DNA from: an uncultured Pseudomonadota bacterium
GTDB lineage: Bacteria > Pseudomonadota > Alphaproteobacteria > RF32 > CAG-239
DNA length: 64,000 bases
Direction: 5' to 3'
Assembly (NCBI GenBank): GCA_902763155.1
Contig: CACWQS010000001.1
Coordinates: forward strand, 30,878-94,877
A program made the translations under genes and the position numbers. The first letter of the stretch is position 1, and each line of letters begins with the position of its first letter. This document shows, one piece after another, positions 19,740 through 29,383 of this stretch. Below the pieces are notes generated by a model. The model had not been told where the DNA came from. It saw nothing but the letters and a program-made list of their open reading frames with translations, and did no database searches.

Positions 19740-20618
19740 ATGAATAAATTTTCTCTTTTAATTATGCCAGTATTGGTTGTTTCATCATTAGCTCAGGCTG
19801 CAGAAACCGAGGCTCCTGAAGGTGCCGGCTCAGAAACTATGGGCTGGACGGCTAATTTGAAAAAAGCCGCTTTCCAAGTGACTTCTACTCAAGTAAGTAA
19901 TGCTGAAGAATATCGCAATTCTCCTAATTCTGAGTTGAGCGGTGACAGCGAAACCGTAGTTAAAGGTGTGTTTGACTTTTCACTTACGCAAGAAAAGGAA
20001 AATTATAAATGGGAAAACTCTTTGTTTGCCGAATATGGTAAAACCAAGCTCAAACCTGTCGACGGTCCGGATGTAACCAACGAAACAGCTGATAAAATAT
20101 TACTTACCACCGATTATTCACGCAAGATGTGGCAATATTGGGATGCCTACGTCGGCCCGTTTGCCAACATCGGTTACCAAACCGAATTTAAGCCGAATGA
20201 CGGAGCTCCTCGCACCAAAATTTTCCGTGGAATGACCGGTCTTAAAATGTTTGACGGAAAATATATCAAAAATTTGTATGGCGCACTTGTTGGTGAATAT
20301 GATTTTACATACAGTAGTGACAAAACTACCAAAGCAGCTTACGAAATAGGTATGGAGGCGGAATGTCCTTTGCGCGAAGGTGTAGTTTTCCATGCAGATA
20401 CTTATTGGCGCGACTATTTTGCTTACAGCGCTTATAATCCGACTGATTTTGAATATGAACTGAGTGCTAAAGCTAATATGATGGTCGATATTTATGAAGG
20501 TCTGCAAATTGGTCCGTTTATTCAGTATTTTCGTGCCGAAGATCGTGGATCCAGTAAAGCAGGAGCCAGCACCATTATCGGTATCGAAGGTTCTTATGGC
20601 GGTTCTTGGGGATTATAA
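19740..20618 (+). CDS. Putative outer-membrane beta-barrel protein (DUF3078/DUF481-like)
   Basis: A signal peptide with alternating amphipathic beta-strand-like segments rich in aromatic and Gly residues. It is 292 aa. Confidence 0.35.
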   Translation: MNKFSLLIMPVLVVSSLAQAAETEAPEGAGSETMGWTANLKKAAFQVTSTQVSNAEEYRNSPNSELSGDSETVVKGVFDFSLTQEKENYKWENSLFAEYGKTKLKPVDGPDVTNETADKILLTTDYSRKMWQYWDAYVGPFANIGYQTEFKPNDGAPRTKIFRGMTGLKMFDGKYIKNLYGALVGEYDFTYSSDKTTKAAYEIGMEAECPLREGVVFHADTYWRDYFAYSAYNPTDFEYELSAKANMMVDIYEGLQIGPFIQYFRAEDRGSSKAGASTIIGIEGSYGGSWGL

Positions 20619-20756
20619 TTTTCTCATCACAGAGATAAGCGGTAAATGTAATGTTTGCCGCTATTTTTGTTTGTATCTGCAGATAAATTGCTTGCAAAGC
20701 GGAAAAATATGTGTTCTAATGCAGAAAAGTAAGGCAATCCGGAGGGGATAAATATT

Positions 20757-21779
20757 ATGTCTATGTGGAAGAAAATTTTTTTGGTGATTTTCTTTATGTG
20801 CACGATGTATTTCGGCGGTTTAAGCACGCAAAGTTCCAGTCCGTTGGCACAAGGGTTCGGTTTTTTTGCGGTAATTATTGCTTTCGGACTTTTATATGTG
20901 ATTTCGCGCGTGATGTGGCAAGCAATGGGGTTTGTTTCGTCTTTTTTTATCATAGGTTCGGTGGTTGTTTTCATTCTCTATAGTCTGGGATTGTTAGGGC
21001 AGAATAGGTCGTTAAGCGGGTTTATAAGTGGTTCCCCCATAAGGCAATTTGCCGGAGCAAACAGCAAAGATGATGTCGGATATGCCGATATAGAGGCCGA
21101 GTTGTATGGTAGCGGCAGTGTTGAGGGTAATAAAGCTCTGTTAGCCGGAGCAGTGCCAGCACAAACGCAGCAAGCAGAATTGATAACGGATGCCGATGAA
21201 GAAGGTTGGTTGGAAACTATTAAAGGCTTCTTTAATTTTGGTGAAAATGCAAATTTGATGGCAGATTTTAATCCGAGTGATTATCCTTATTTGGAAGGTT
21301 CGGCAGCAGTGGTAACTGCCAGTGTTTTACGAATGGAAGGTTTATATATCAAACTTTTAGGGATAGATGCTCCGGATCCGGCGCAAACATGTGCAGACAG
21401 ACATGGTGGACCTTATCGCTGTGGTAAAAGGGCAATTACTTGGTTGCAAAATTGGTTACATAATCAACCCTTAAGATGTCATATTGTAGGTAAGGTTGAA
21501 CATAATCATGCAACGGGAGTATGTTTTACAATAGGCGGGCAATATGATGTTGCGGCAGCGGTGGTCGGAGCCGGTTGGGCGCTGGCGTATTCGCAAAATA
21601 CAAGGATATATGAGCCGTATGAAGAGCAGGCGGCAGAACAAAGACGAGGTTTGTGGAGCGGACGTTTTTATAAGCCGTGGGACTGGAGAAGAATTCAAAA
21701 TCGCAAGGTAAAAATTCAAATTAACAACACGAAATCCGGAGGTTTCGGCTTTATGGATTGGTTAGACGGGTTATTCTAA
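20757..21779 (+). CDS. Membrane-anchored thermonuclease (SNase-like) family protein
   Basis: An N-terminal hydrophobic region with 2-3 TM helices, then an SNase-like core (LLGIDAPD...CGKRA...GLW). Confidence 0.65.
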   Translation: MSMWKKIFLVIFFMCTMYFGGLSTQSSSPLAQGFGFFAVIIAFGLLYVISRVMWQAMGFVSSFFIIGSVVVFILYSLGLLGQNRSLSGFISGSPIRQFAGANSKDDVGYADIEAELYGSGSVEGNKALLAGAVPAQTQQAELITDADEEGWLETIKGFFNFGENANLMADFNPSDYPYLEGSAAVVTASVLRMEGLYIKLLGIDAPDPAQTCADRHGGPYRCGKRAITWLQNWLHNQPLRCHIVGKVEHNHATGVCFTIGGQYDVAAAVVGAGWALAYSQNTRIYEPYEEQAAEQRRGLWSGRFYKPWDWRRIQNRKVKIQINNTKSGGFGFMDWLDGLF

Positions 21780-22228
21780 TGAAAAAAGTATATATTTCAA
21801 GTAGTGAAACGGAAACTGCCGCGGTAGCGAGTAAATTGGCACAAATAACAGAGCGTGGAGATATTTGGGCTTTGAGCGGGACACTCGGAATGGGAAAAAG
21901 TGTGTTCGCAAGAGCGTTTATTCAAACTTTAAGTGATGCTGAAGAGGTGCCTAGTCCGACATTTACTTTGGTTCAGACATACAGAACTCCGATGTTTGAT
22001 ATCTACCATTATGATTTGTATCGCTTAAAAGAAGCTAGTGAGATTTTTGAGTTGGGGGTAGAAGAAGCCTTCTATGAAGGGGTGAGTCTGGTGGAATGGC
22101 CGGAAAAAATGGGCTCATTTGCTCCGCGCAATATGTGGCATATTGTAATTGAAGCCGATGGTGAAAAGCGTAAAATTACCATTTCAACCGATGATGAACA
22201 GAAAATTAAGCGATTGGCAGATGTGTAA
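21779..22228 (+). CDS. tsaE: tRNA threonylcarbamoyladenosine biosynthesis protein TsaE
   Basis: A P-loop GTLGMGKSVFARAF and an SPTFTLVQTY motif. The start ATG overlaps the upstream stop (TAATG). Confidence 0.8.
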   Translation: MKKVYISSSETETAAVASKLAQITERGDIWALSGTLGMGKSVFARAFIQTLSDAEEVPSPTFTLVQTYRTPMFDIYHYDLYRLKEASEIFELGVEEAFYEGVSLVEWPEKMGSFAPRNMWHIVIEADGEKRKITISTDDEQKIKRLADV

Positions 22229-22232
22229 AAGT

Positions 22233-22664
22233 ATGCAAATTCATGCAACTATGGTGGTTTGTAACGGACAAGGGGTTTTGCTTAAAGGAGCAAGCGGTAG
22301 CGGCAAGTCCGATTTGGCTTTGCGTCTGATTACAAACAAAAGGGCAAGACTGGTTGCCGATGATGTGGTAGATTTGTATGAAAAAGATGGAAAAATATTA
22401 GGAACCGCACCGCAAAATTTGCAAGGACTATTAGAGATCCGTGGGGTAGGTATAGTAAAATACCCGTTTATTAATGATGTAGCAATCAGTTTGGTAGTAA
22501 ATTTGGTAGCATCTGATAAAGTGGAGAGAATGCCGAAAAATGAGTATGAAAATATTTTAGGGGTTGAAATTCCGAAAATAGATTTGTATGCTAGAGAGAG
22601 TTCGGCGCCGGAAAAGGTATGGACTAAACTTTTCGGGTGCGTTGTTAATGATATATCTGTATAA
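22233..22664 (+). CDS. hprK: HPr kinase/phosphorylase C-terminal domain-only homolog (short HprK)
   Basis: A Walker A motif GASGSGKSDLALRL and an LLEIRGVGIV signature. There is no N-terminal domain. The frame is open to 22149, but ATG 22233 directly follows the tsaE stop. Confidence 0.65.
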   Translation: MQIHATMVVCNGQGVLLKGASGSGKSDLALRLITNKRARLVADDVVDLYEKDGKILGTAPQNLQGLLEIRGVGIVKYPFINDVAISLVVNLVASDKVERMPKNEYENILGVEIPKIDLYARESSAPEKVWTKLFGCVVNDISV

Positions 22665-22673
22665 GGATTAAAA

Positions 22674-23468
22674 ATGCCGGAAAAGAAAAGTATTGCTTCA
22701 TTTTTGCAGTCTTTAGGGAAACCGCTGGTAGGTTTCGTTATCAGCTTGGGATATTTTTCGCGATTTGTGGCAAAATCGGTATATAATTGTTTTATGCCGC
22801 CGTTTTATGTTAAGTTGTTCTGCCGACAATTTATGAATATCGGTTTTTATTCGTTACCGGTGGTGGGGTTAACTACGCTTTTTGCCGGTATGGTAATTGC
22901 TATTCAAACCTATTCGGGGATTTCAAAATATGGCGCGGAAAGTGCTGTGGCATTGGTGGTATTAATTTCGGTAACACGCGAGTTGGCTCCGGTGCTGTCG
23001 GCTTTGATGGTGGCCGGACGTATCGGTGCGGCGATGGCGGCGGAAATCGGGACAATGCGGGTAACCGAACAGATTGATGCTCTGGTTACATTGTCGGCCA
23101 ACCCGTTCCGTTATTTGATTGCTCCGCGGATTTGGGCGGCAATTGTGGTGATGCCGTTGTTGGTACTTTTCGGTGATGTTATCGGTATTTTCGGCGGATA
23201 TGTGGTTGGTATTTATAAGCTCGACTTCAATCCGGCCAACTACATTAACAACACAATGACTAATTTGCAAACGATAGATGTGATGACCGGTGTGGTAAAA
23301 GCGGCGGTGTTCGGATTTATTATTTCGATTATGGGATGCTACCATGGATATCGTTCCAAAGGTGGGGCGCAAGGTGTGGGGGAAGCAACTACCAACGCCG
23401 TGGTTTCGTCTTCTATTTTGATCTTGATTTTCAACTACTTGATAACGGAAGTGATTTTTTCAAGATAG
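22674..23468 (+). CDS. mlaE: Phospholipid ABC transporter permease MlaE
   Basis: 264 aa with multiple TM helices. The MlaE/YrbE-family conserved core is present. Confidence 0.8.
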   Translation: MPEKKSIASFLQSLGKPLVGFVISLGYFSRFVAKSVYNCFMPPFYVKLFCRQFMNIGFYSLPVVGLTTLFAGMVIAIQTYSGISKYGAESAVALVVLISVTRELAPVLSALMVAGRIGAAMAAEIGTMRVTEQIDALVTLSANPFRYLIAPRIWAAIVVMPLLVLFGDVIGIFGGYVVGIYKLDFNPANYINNTMTNLQTIDVMTGVVKAAVFGFIISIMGCYHGYRSKGGAQGVGEATTNAVVSSSILILIFNYLITEVIFSR

Positions 23469-23476
23469 AGGTTGCC

Positions 23477-24229
23477 ATGACAGATAATAAGATAGAAATC
23501 AGAAACTTGTATAAATCCTTTGGTAAGAAAAAGGTGCTTGATGGGGTTGATTTAGATGTAAAGCGCGGTGAGTCATTAGTAGTTATTGGCGGATCAGGTA
23601 CCGGAAAATCGGTGCTGATTAAGTGTATTCAAGGGCTTCTGATACCCGATTACGGTTCAATTAAGATTGATGATGAGGAAGTAGTCGGTACAAAAAAGGA
23701 CATTCATCAAAAAATGGGAATGTTGTTCCAAGGAGCAGCATTGTTTGATAGCTTGAGTGTTTGGGAAAATGTGGCATTTAGGCTTTTGGAGAACAGTAAT
23801 GTTTCGCGACGTGAGGCACGTTTAAGAGCCGTGCAAGTGTTGCGCCAAGTGGGATTGGCTCCCGATGTGGCGGATTTATCGCCGGCGGAGCTTTCCGGAG
23901 GAATGCAGAAACGTGTAGGATTGGCACGGGCGATTATATGTCAGCCGGAGATTATTTTCTTTGATGAGCCGACGACAGGATTAGATCCGATTATGGCCGA
24001 TGTGATTAATGATTTGATTATTGAATCGGCACGCGGTTTGGGAGCTTCAACATTAACGATTACTCATGATATGGCGTCGGCACGCAAGATTGCCGATAGG
24101 ATAGCAATGCTCTACCAAGGAAAAATTATTTGGAGCGGCACGGTTAAAGAAATGGATAAATCGGATAATCCGTATTTGCGGCAGTTTATCAGCGGCAGTT
24201 CACAAGGACCTATAAAGGTGGAAGTGTAG
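23477..24229 (+). CDS. mlaF: Phospholipid ABC transporter ATP-binding protein MlaF
   Basis: Walker A GGSGTGKS, an LSGGMQKR signature, and Walker B IIFFDEP. The start was set at MTDNKIEI, which follows a GAGG ribosome-binding site. Confidence 0.85.
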   Translation: MTDNKIEIRNLYKSFGKKKVLDGVDLDVKRGESLVVIGGSGTGKSVLIKCIQGLLIPDYGSIKIDDEEVVGTKKDIHQKMGMLFQGAALFDSLSVWENVAFRLLENSNVSRREARLRAVQVLRQVGLAPDVADLSPAELSGGMQKRVGLARAIICQPEIIFFDEPTTGLDPIMADVINDLIIESARGLGASTLTITHDMASARKIADRIAMLYQGKIIWSGTVKEMDKSDNPYLRQFISGSSQGPIKVEV

Positions 24230-24235
24230 GCAATT

Positions 24236-25621
24236 ATGGCAAAAAAAACGGTAACATATATTTGTCAGAATTGCGGAGCGCAATATGTGCGTTGGCAGGG
24301 CAGGTGTGATGGTTGCGGCGAATGGAATACCATTGTGGAAGAAGTTTCGGCGGCAGATGATGGTTTTACAAAGTTAAGCAAGCATAAGCGCGAAGGAAGA
24401 ATGATAGATTTTGTGCCGCTTAAGGGTTCGATGCAAACATATAGCCGAATGCAGACCGGTATAAAAGAAATAGACCGAGTAACCGGTGGAGGTTTGGTGC
24501 CGGGGTCGGTAATTTTGGTAGCCGGAGATCCGGGGATTGGTAAATCGACATTGTTGTTACAGATTTGTGCCGGTTTGGCCAATGGAGAAGAAAAGCGTTC
24601 ATGCTACTATATTTCAGGTGAAGAAGCTATTGACCAAGTAAGGATAAGAGCAGGACGATTGGGATTGAGCGAAAGTCCGGTAAATTTGGCCAGTGCAACC
24701 GATGTGCGAAATATTGTAACAACGCTTGAGAAAACAGATGCTAAGTTGGTGATTATTGATTCGATACAAACGATGTATTTGGATGAAGTGGAATCAACAC
24801 CGGGGAGCGTCGGGCAAGTGCGAGCTTGTGCCTATGAACTTATTAAGTTAGCGAAGCGTAAGGGGTTTGTGCTGTTTTTGGTAGGGCATGTAACTAAACA
24901 GGGCGAGATTGCCGGTCCGCGCGTTTTGGAGCATATGGTTGATACGGTGCTGTATTTTGAAGGAGAACGCGGACACCATTTCAGAATTTTACGGGCGGTA
25001 AAAAATCGTTACGGTGCAACCGATGAAATCGGTGTGTTTGAGATGATGGATAAGGGGTTAGCAGAAGTGGAAAATCCGTCGGCATTGTTCTTGGCCGAGC
25101 GACAAGGGAATATTTCCGGCAGTTGTGTGTTTGCCGGTATTGAAGGTTCCCGTCCGGTGTTGGTTGAGATTCAGGCATTGGTCAGTCCGAGCGGATATTC
25201 AACGCCACGGCGAGCCGTAGTAGGATGGGATTCTAACCGATTGTCGATGATTTTGGCTGTATTGGAATCACGTTGCGGGATGAATTTCAGCGCACATGAT
25301 GTATATTTGAATATTGCCGGCGGGCTGAAAATTAGCGAGCCAGCGGCCGATTTGGCGGTGGCGATGGCGGTGATTTCTTCACTAACCAATAAGCCTTTAC
25401 CGGCTGATATGGTGGTTTTTGGGGAAATAGGCCTCTCAGGGGAAATCAGGACGGTAACGCAAGTTAATTTACGCCTGAAAGAAGCGCAAAAGTTGGGATT
25501 TGTCAGTGCGATTATTCCACCGGCATACGGTAAGGATAAAAAAGAAAAAGGAACTAAAAATTACGATTTATCATGCTATGAAATAGGAAATGTTCATCGC
25601 TTGATTAACTGGTTTAATTAG
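24236..25621 (+). CDS. radA: DNA repair protein RadA/Sms
   Basis: An N-terminal C4 zinc finger (CQNCGAQ...CDGCGEW), a RecA-like P-loop GDPGIGKST, and a C-terminal Lon-like domain. Confidence 0.9.
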   Translation: MAKKTVTYICQNCGAQYVRWQGRCDGCGEWNTIVEEVSAADDGFTKLSKHKREGRMIDFVPLKGSMQTYSRMQTGIKEIDRVTGGGLVPGSVILVAGDPGIGKSTLLLQICAGLANGEEKRSCYYISGEEAIDQVRIRAGRLGLSESPVNLASATDVRNIVTTLEKTDAKLVIIDSIQTMYLDEVESTPGSVGQVRACAYELIKLAKRKGFVLFLVGHVTKQGEIAGPRVLEHMVDTVLYFEGERGHHFRILRAVKNRYGATDEIGVFEMMDKGLAEVENPSALFLAERQGNISGSCVFAGIEGSRPVLVEIQALVSPSGYSTPRRAVVGWDSNRLSMILAVLESRCGMNFSAHDVYLNIAGGLKISEPAADLAVAMAVISSLTNKPLPADMVVFGEIGLSGEIRTVTQVNLRLKEAQKLGFVSAIIPPAYGKDKKEKGTKNYDLSCYEIGNVHRLINWFN

Positions 25622-25631
25622 GAGCAAAAAT

Positions 25632-26519
25632 ATGGAACAGTTAAATAATTTAGACGTGGTATTTTTGATTATTGTCGGTATTTCGGCATTAGTCGGGATA
25701 GCCAGAGGAATGACTAAAGAAATTTTATCTATTTTGGGTTGGGTGTTGGCAGCAGTGGCGATTTTCTATCTGGTGCCGATTGTTAATCCGATAATTGAGC
25801 AATACATTGCTTCTAAAATGTTAGCTAGTATTGTTTCCGGTTTGGCTGTATTGATAGTGTTCTGTATCTTTTGGATATTAACCGCCGACAGATTGGGTTC
25901 GGTGGTGCGTGCCAGCAGATTAAGCGCTTTAGACAGAGTGTTAGGTTTTGTTTTTGGTGCCGCTCGCGGTGTTTTGATTGTGATTTTGGTGGCATTGATG
26001 ATTACAACAATTATACCGGAACAATCAAAAGAAGGTATGTTTAAAGATTCAAAATATTTTAAGTTAGCTAGCGATAGCGCTGAACCTGTTAAAAATATGA
26101 TTCCTGACAATTGGGTAGAGAGTTTCAAAGCCAAGACCGAAGAGTTTGTGTTGCTTAAAGGAGATAAAGATAAGGCTGATAAAGAAGAAAAAGTTGAAGC
26201 TAAGGTAGAAGAAGTGGCTGAAACAAAAGAGGAAGTTAAAGAATTAACTTTAGGCGAAAAACTGAAACAAGCAGCAGATGCGGTTGATAATTTACAGTCT
26301 TTGAAAAAAGACGGGGAAGAATTGTTTAATCAACTGGCGCAACCGAAGACTGTCGGAGACGAGGGGACAACTGTGGAAGATGATTTATCATCAGATTTAG
26401 ATATGCTTTTAGATGTTTTGGAAGACAGAGTGGTAACGACTGATGAAAAAACTCCGGAGTTAAAATCTAAATCACAAGAAATTATGAAGAGCGTTAAAGA
26501 TAAAGTGGAAAAAGAATAA
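25632..26519 (+). CDS. cvpA: CvpA-family membrane protein with a long charged (K/E/D-rich) C-terminal extension
   Basis: The N-terminal ~160 aa match CvpA (..DRVLGFVFGAARGVLIV..). The C-terminal ~130 aa are low-complexity charged sequence. Confidence 0.6.
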   Translation: MEQLNNLDVVFLIIVGISALVGIARGMTKEILSILGWVLAAVAIFYLVPIVNPIIEQYIASKMLASIVSGLAVLIVFCIFWILTADRLGSVVRASRLSALDRVLGFVFGAARGVLIVILVALMITTIIPEQSKEGMFKDSKYFKLASDSAEPVKNMIPDNWVESFKAKTEEFVLLKGDKDKADKEEKVEAKVEEVAETKEEVKELTLGEKLKQAADAVDNLQSLKKDGEELFNQLAQPKTVGDEGTTVEDDLSSDLDMLLDVLEDRVVTTDEKTPELKSKSQEIMKSVKDKVEKE

Positions 26520-26540
26520 TTAACTTACTCTTATAAAAAG

Positions 26541-26576
26541 AAAAGGGGAGATATATAAAAACATCTCCCTTTTTGT
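26541..26576. terminator. Bidirectional terminator between convergent cvpA and ldh
   Basis: gggagat-atataaaaac-atctccc followed by a T-run. Confidence 0.6.
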
Positions 26577-26591
26577 TTTAAACAAAGAAAA

Positions 26592-27536
26592 TTATTTATT
26601 GAGCATTGCCACTGCTTGGTCGGAAAATTCTTTCATTTTTTCAGCACTTGATTTTAATTGTGCATGCTCAGAAGTGGAAAGTTTCGGGGTTATTACATGA
26701 TAAACGCCGCGGCGGTTAATGACGGTAGGCAAAGACAGACAAACATCCTTAACTCCTTCAACTTCATCGTGATGCGATGAAATGGTTAAGATTGAATAGT
26801 CATTATTACTGATAGCACGGCAAATTTGCGTTAATGCACCGGCGATACCATAGCATGTGGCGCCCTTACCTTCAATAATTTCATAAGCTGCATTTATTAC
26901 ACCATCGTTGATTTCGGCTTTTTTAGCATCGTCCAAAACTTTATGAACGCTTTCGGCATATTCTTCTAAGGAAAGAGTGCCGGCTTCAGCGCTAGACCAG
27001 ACGAGGACTTCGCTATCTCCATGTTCACCTAAAACATCGGCATGAACAGATTTGGTTGAAACACCGAGATAAAATGCGAGTAAAGTGCGAAAACGTGAGG
27101 TATCCAGCACTGTGCCGCTACCGATAACACGTTCTTTAGGAAATCCGGAGAGTTTGAGCGCTACTTCAGCCATAATATCGGCAGGATTAGCGGTAATCAG
27201 TAATATGGCGTCAGGTGCATATTTAGCCACTTGCGGAATAATACTTTCAAATATTTTTACGTTACGGCCAAGTAAATCAATGCGGGTTTCTCCCGGTTTT
27301 TGGTTAGCTCCGGCAGTAACAATTACAACCTCGCTACCTGCTAAATCTTCATAGGTTCCGGATTTTACTTTAGCGGCACTGGTAAAAGGGGCGGCATGGG
27401 CAATATCCATTGCTTCGGCGTGAGCCTTTTTCTCATTCATATCAATCAACACAATTTTGTGTGCCACACCGGTAGTCATTAACGAAAAAGCAGCAGCACT
27501 GCCTACGGCACCGGCACCTATAATACCAACTTTCAT
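26592..27536 (-). CDS. ldh: L-lactate dehydrogenase (LDH/MDH superfamily, Gln at the substrate-specificity position)
   Basis: GIIGAGAVGS Rossmann motif. GANQKPGETR has the LDH-type Q rather than the MDH-type R, and the IGEHGDS motif is present. Confidence 0.75.
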   Translation of the reverse strand: MKVGIIGAGAVGSAAAFSLMTTGVAHKIVLIDMNEKKAHAEAMDIAHAAPFTSAAKVKSGTYEDLAGSEVVIVTAGANQKPGETRIDLLGRNVKIFESIIPQVAKYAPDAILLITANPADIMAEVALKLSGFPKERVIGSGTVLDTSRFRTLLAFYLGVSTKSVHADVLGEHGDSEVLVWSSAEAGTLSLEEYAESVHKVLDDAKKAEINDGVINAAYEIIEGKGATCYGIAGALTQICRAISNNDYSILTISSHHDEVEGVKDVCLSLPTVINRRGVYHVITPKLSTSEHAQLKSSAEKMKEFSDQAVAMLNK

Positions 27537-27695
27537 TTTTCTCTCCTTAATATAACAATTCTAAAATTCATACCTTATATAAATAATCTGTATAAAATTG
27601 CAATACTTTTTTTATAAAAAAAACATAACTTTTTATTTATAGCAATAATTGACTTTAATATTTGAGGCGTATATAAACGTTTATGGAGTGAGAAG

Positions 27696-28175
27696 ATGAT
27701 AAAAACAAACGCCATGCGCATTGTAGAAAATGCCAAATTAAAATATAAAGTGTATGAATATGAGCCGCCGGCATCGTTAGATGCTGTATCAATTTCGCAA
27801 AAATTGAAAAAACCGGTGGAACAGACATTTAAGACTTTGGTAACGCAAGCACCAACGCAGCAGCATGGGTTTGAATATTTTGTGTTTGTTATTCCCGCAA
27901 ATGCCGAACTAAGTGTTAAGAAAGCTGCTGTGGCTGCTGGGGTGAAAAATTTAGAAATGTTACCGCTGAAAAAACTTTTGCCGTTGACAGGATATGTGCA
28001 CGGAGGTTGTTCGCCGGTGGGTATGAAGAAAAATTTTCCTGTTTTTATTGATGAAACAGCAATTTTATTTGATACATTTTTTGTAAGTGGCGGTAAGATA
28101 GGGGTAACATTGGAATTAAATGCCGAAGCATTGGCAGAAGCGATAGGGGCTGGATTTGCTGATTTGACTTTATAA
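27696..28175 (+). CDS. ybaK: Cys-tRNA(Pro)/Cys-tRNA(Cys) deacylase YbaK
   Basis: 159 aa with the GGCSPVGMKK motif. It is colinear with E. coli YbaK. Confidence 0.7.
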   Translation: MIKTNAMRIVENAKLKYKVYEYEPPASLDAVSISQKLKKPVEQTFKTLVTQAPTQQHGFEYFVFVIPANAELSVKKAAVAAGVKNLEMLPLKKLLPLTGYVHGGCSPVGMKKNFPVFIDETAILFDTFFVSGGKIGVTLELNAEALAEAIGAGFADLTL

Positions 28176-28261
28176 ATTTTAGGATATAAAGCAGTTGACA
28201 AATCTAGCTTTTTAACATACATTCTAAATACAATGTTTCATTATTTAAAAGTAATTATAGT

Positions 28262-28801
28262 ATGGATAAAAAACAAGTATTAAAACTGGTTGCTATCTTG
28301 GGACAGATGAAGCAACTCAAAAGGCAAGGGTGGATCAATCGCCAAGTAAGAGAGCCGGAAAGCGATGCCGAACATTCTTTCAGTATGGCTGTTTTGGTTA
28401 TGTTGACCGCACCGGAGCATTTGGATATGCTGAAATGTATTAAGATGGCGTTGATACATGATTTGCCTGAGGTTGTATGCGGAGACCATATTCCGGGAGA
28501 GCTATCGCCGGAAGAGAAAAGCCGCATGGAAAATGAAGCAATGCAACAGATTGTGCAAGCTATCGGTTGGCCAGAGCTGGAAGAGCTGTTCACCGAATTT
28601 GAACAAGGGAAAACAGCAGAAGCACGGTTTGTGAAGGCTTTAGACGGGTTGGATAATGTGTTGACCGCAAGATTTTATGAACAGAGGCGCAGCGGGCGCT
28701 TTTTGACTGATGAATTTGCCGCCAACGCTTATCCGAAGATTATGCAGAGCGATGAAGACACGCAAGGAGTATTGCTGGATATTCTCAAGGCTCTGGCTTA
28801 G
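28262..28801 (+). CDS. HD-domain phosphohydrolase (YfbR-like 5'-deoxynucleotidase family)
   Basis: H..SEHS...D motifs (EHSFSMAVL; ALIHDLPEV). It is followed by the hairpin terminator aaaaggcacc-gaaa-gggtgcctttt. Confidence 0.6.
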   Translation: MDKKQVLKLVAILGQMKQLKRQGWINRQVREPESDAEHSFSMAVLVMLTAPEHLDMLKCIKMALIHDLPEVVCGDHIPGELSPEEKSRMENEAMQQIVQAIGWPELEELFTEFEQGKTAEARFVKALDGLDNVLTARFYEQRRSGRFLTDEFAANAYPKIMQSDEDTQGVLLDILKALA

Positions 28802-28804
28802 GCA

Positions 28805-28831
28805 AAAGGCACCGAAAGGGTGCCTTTTGTT
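28805..28831 (+). terminator. Rho-independent terminator
   Basis: aaaggcacc-gaaa-gggtgcctttt followed by a T-run. Confidence 0.6.
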
Positions 28832-28904
28832 ATTTATGGTATTGAAGTTTGCTAAAATATCTATATTATAAAAGTAGTTTTAATCAAAAGATAAGGAGTG
28901 AAAA

Positions 28905-29282
28905 ATGGAATTTTATAAATGTCAGCTTTGCGGTAATATTATTACATTTATGCATAATTCGGGAGTGGTGCCGCATTGTTGCGGTTCGGCGATGATCAAA
29001 TTAACCGAAAATACGGTGGAAGCGGCAACCGAAAAACATATTCCGGTGGCGGATAAAACAACAGGACGCGTGCATATTAAGGTTGGAAGCGTGGCTCATC
29101 CGATGCAAGAGGTGCATTATATCGAGTGGATTGTTTTGGAAACGCAAAACGGAGTAGTGCAGATGAAAAAATTGCACCCGAATGAAGAACCGGAAGCGGT
29201 TTTTGAAGTAGCAGACGGGGATAAGGCTGTAAAGGCCTATGCGTATTGCAACCTGCACGGTTTATGGTCGGCTTCGCTATGA
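28905..29282 (+). CDS. dfx: Desulfoferrodoxin (superoxide reductase, 2Fe class)
   Basis: An N-terminal desulforedoxin-like CxxC...CC motif (CQLCGN...PHCCG) and a C-terminal SOR centre (H...H...C..H: HIPV, HYIEWI, CNLHG). Confidence 0.85.
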   Translation: MEFYKCQLCGNIITFMHNSGVVPHCCGSAMIKLTENTVEAATEKHIPVADKTTGRVHIKVGSVAHPMQEVHYIEWIVLETQNGVVQMKKLHPNEEPEAVFEVADGDKAVKAYAYCNLHGLWSASL

Positions 29283-29383
29283 TTTCGCTATAATAATGAC
29301 CGAAAAATTCTGTTAATCATCGGGAAAAAGACTTTTATTCGCAAAGGAATTTCTTTATACTTACCTTAACAGAAAGGACTGAG

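Noticed and set aside
27575-28222. 215-aa minus-strand ORF overlapping ybaK
   Set aside because: It is antisense to a conserved YbaK deacylase. Its translation is low-complexity and unconserved in appearance.
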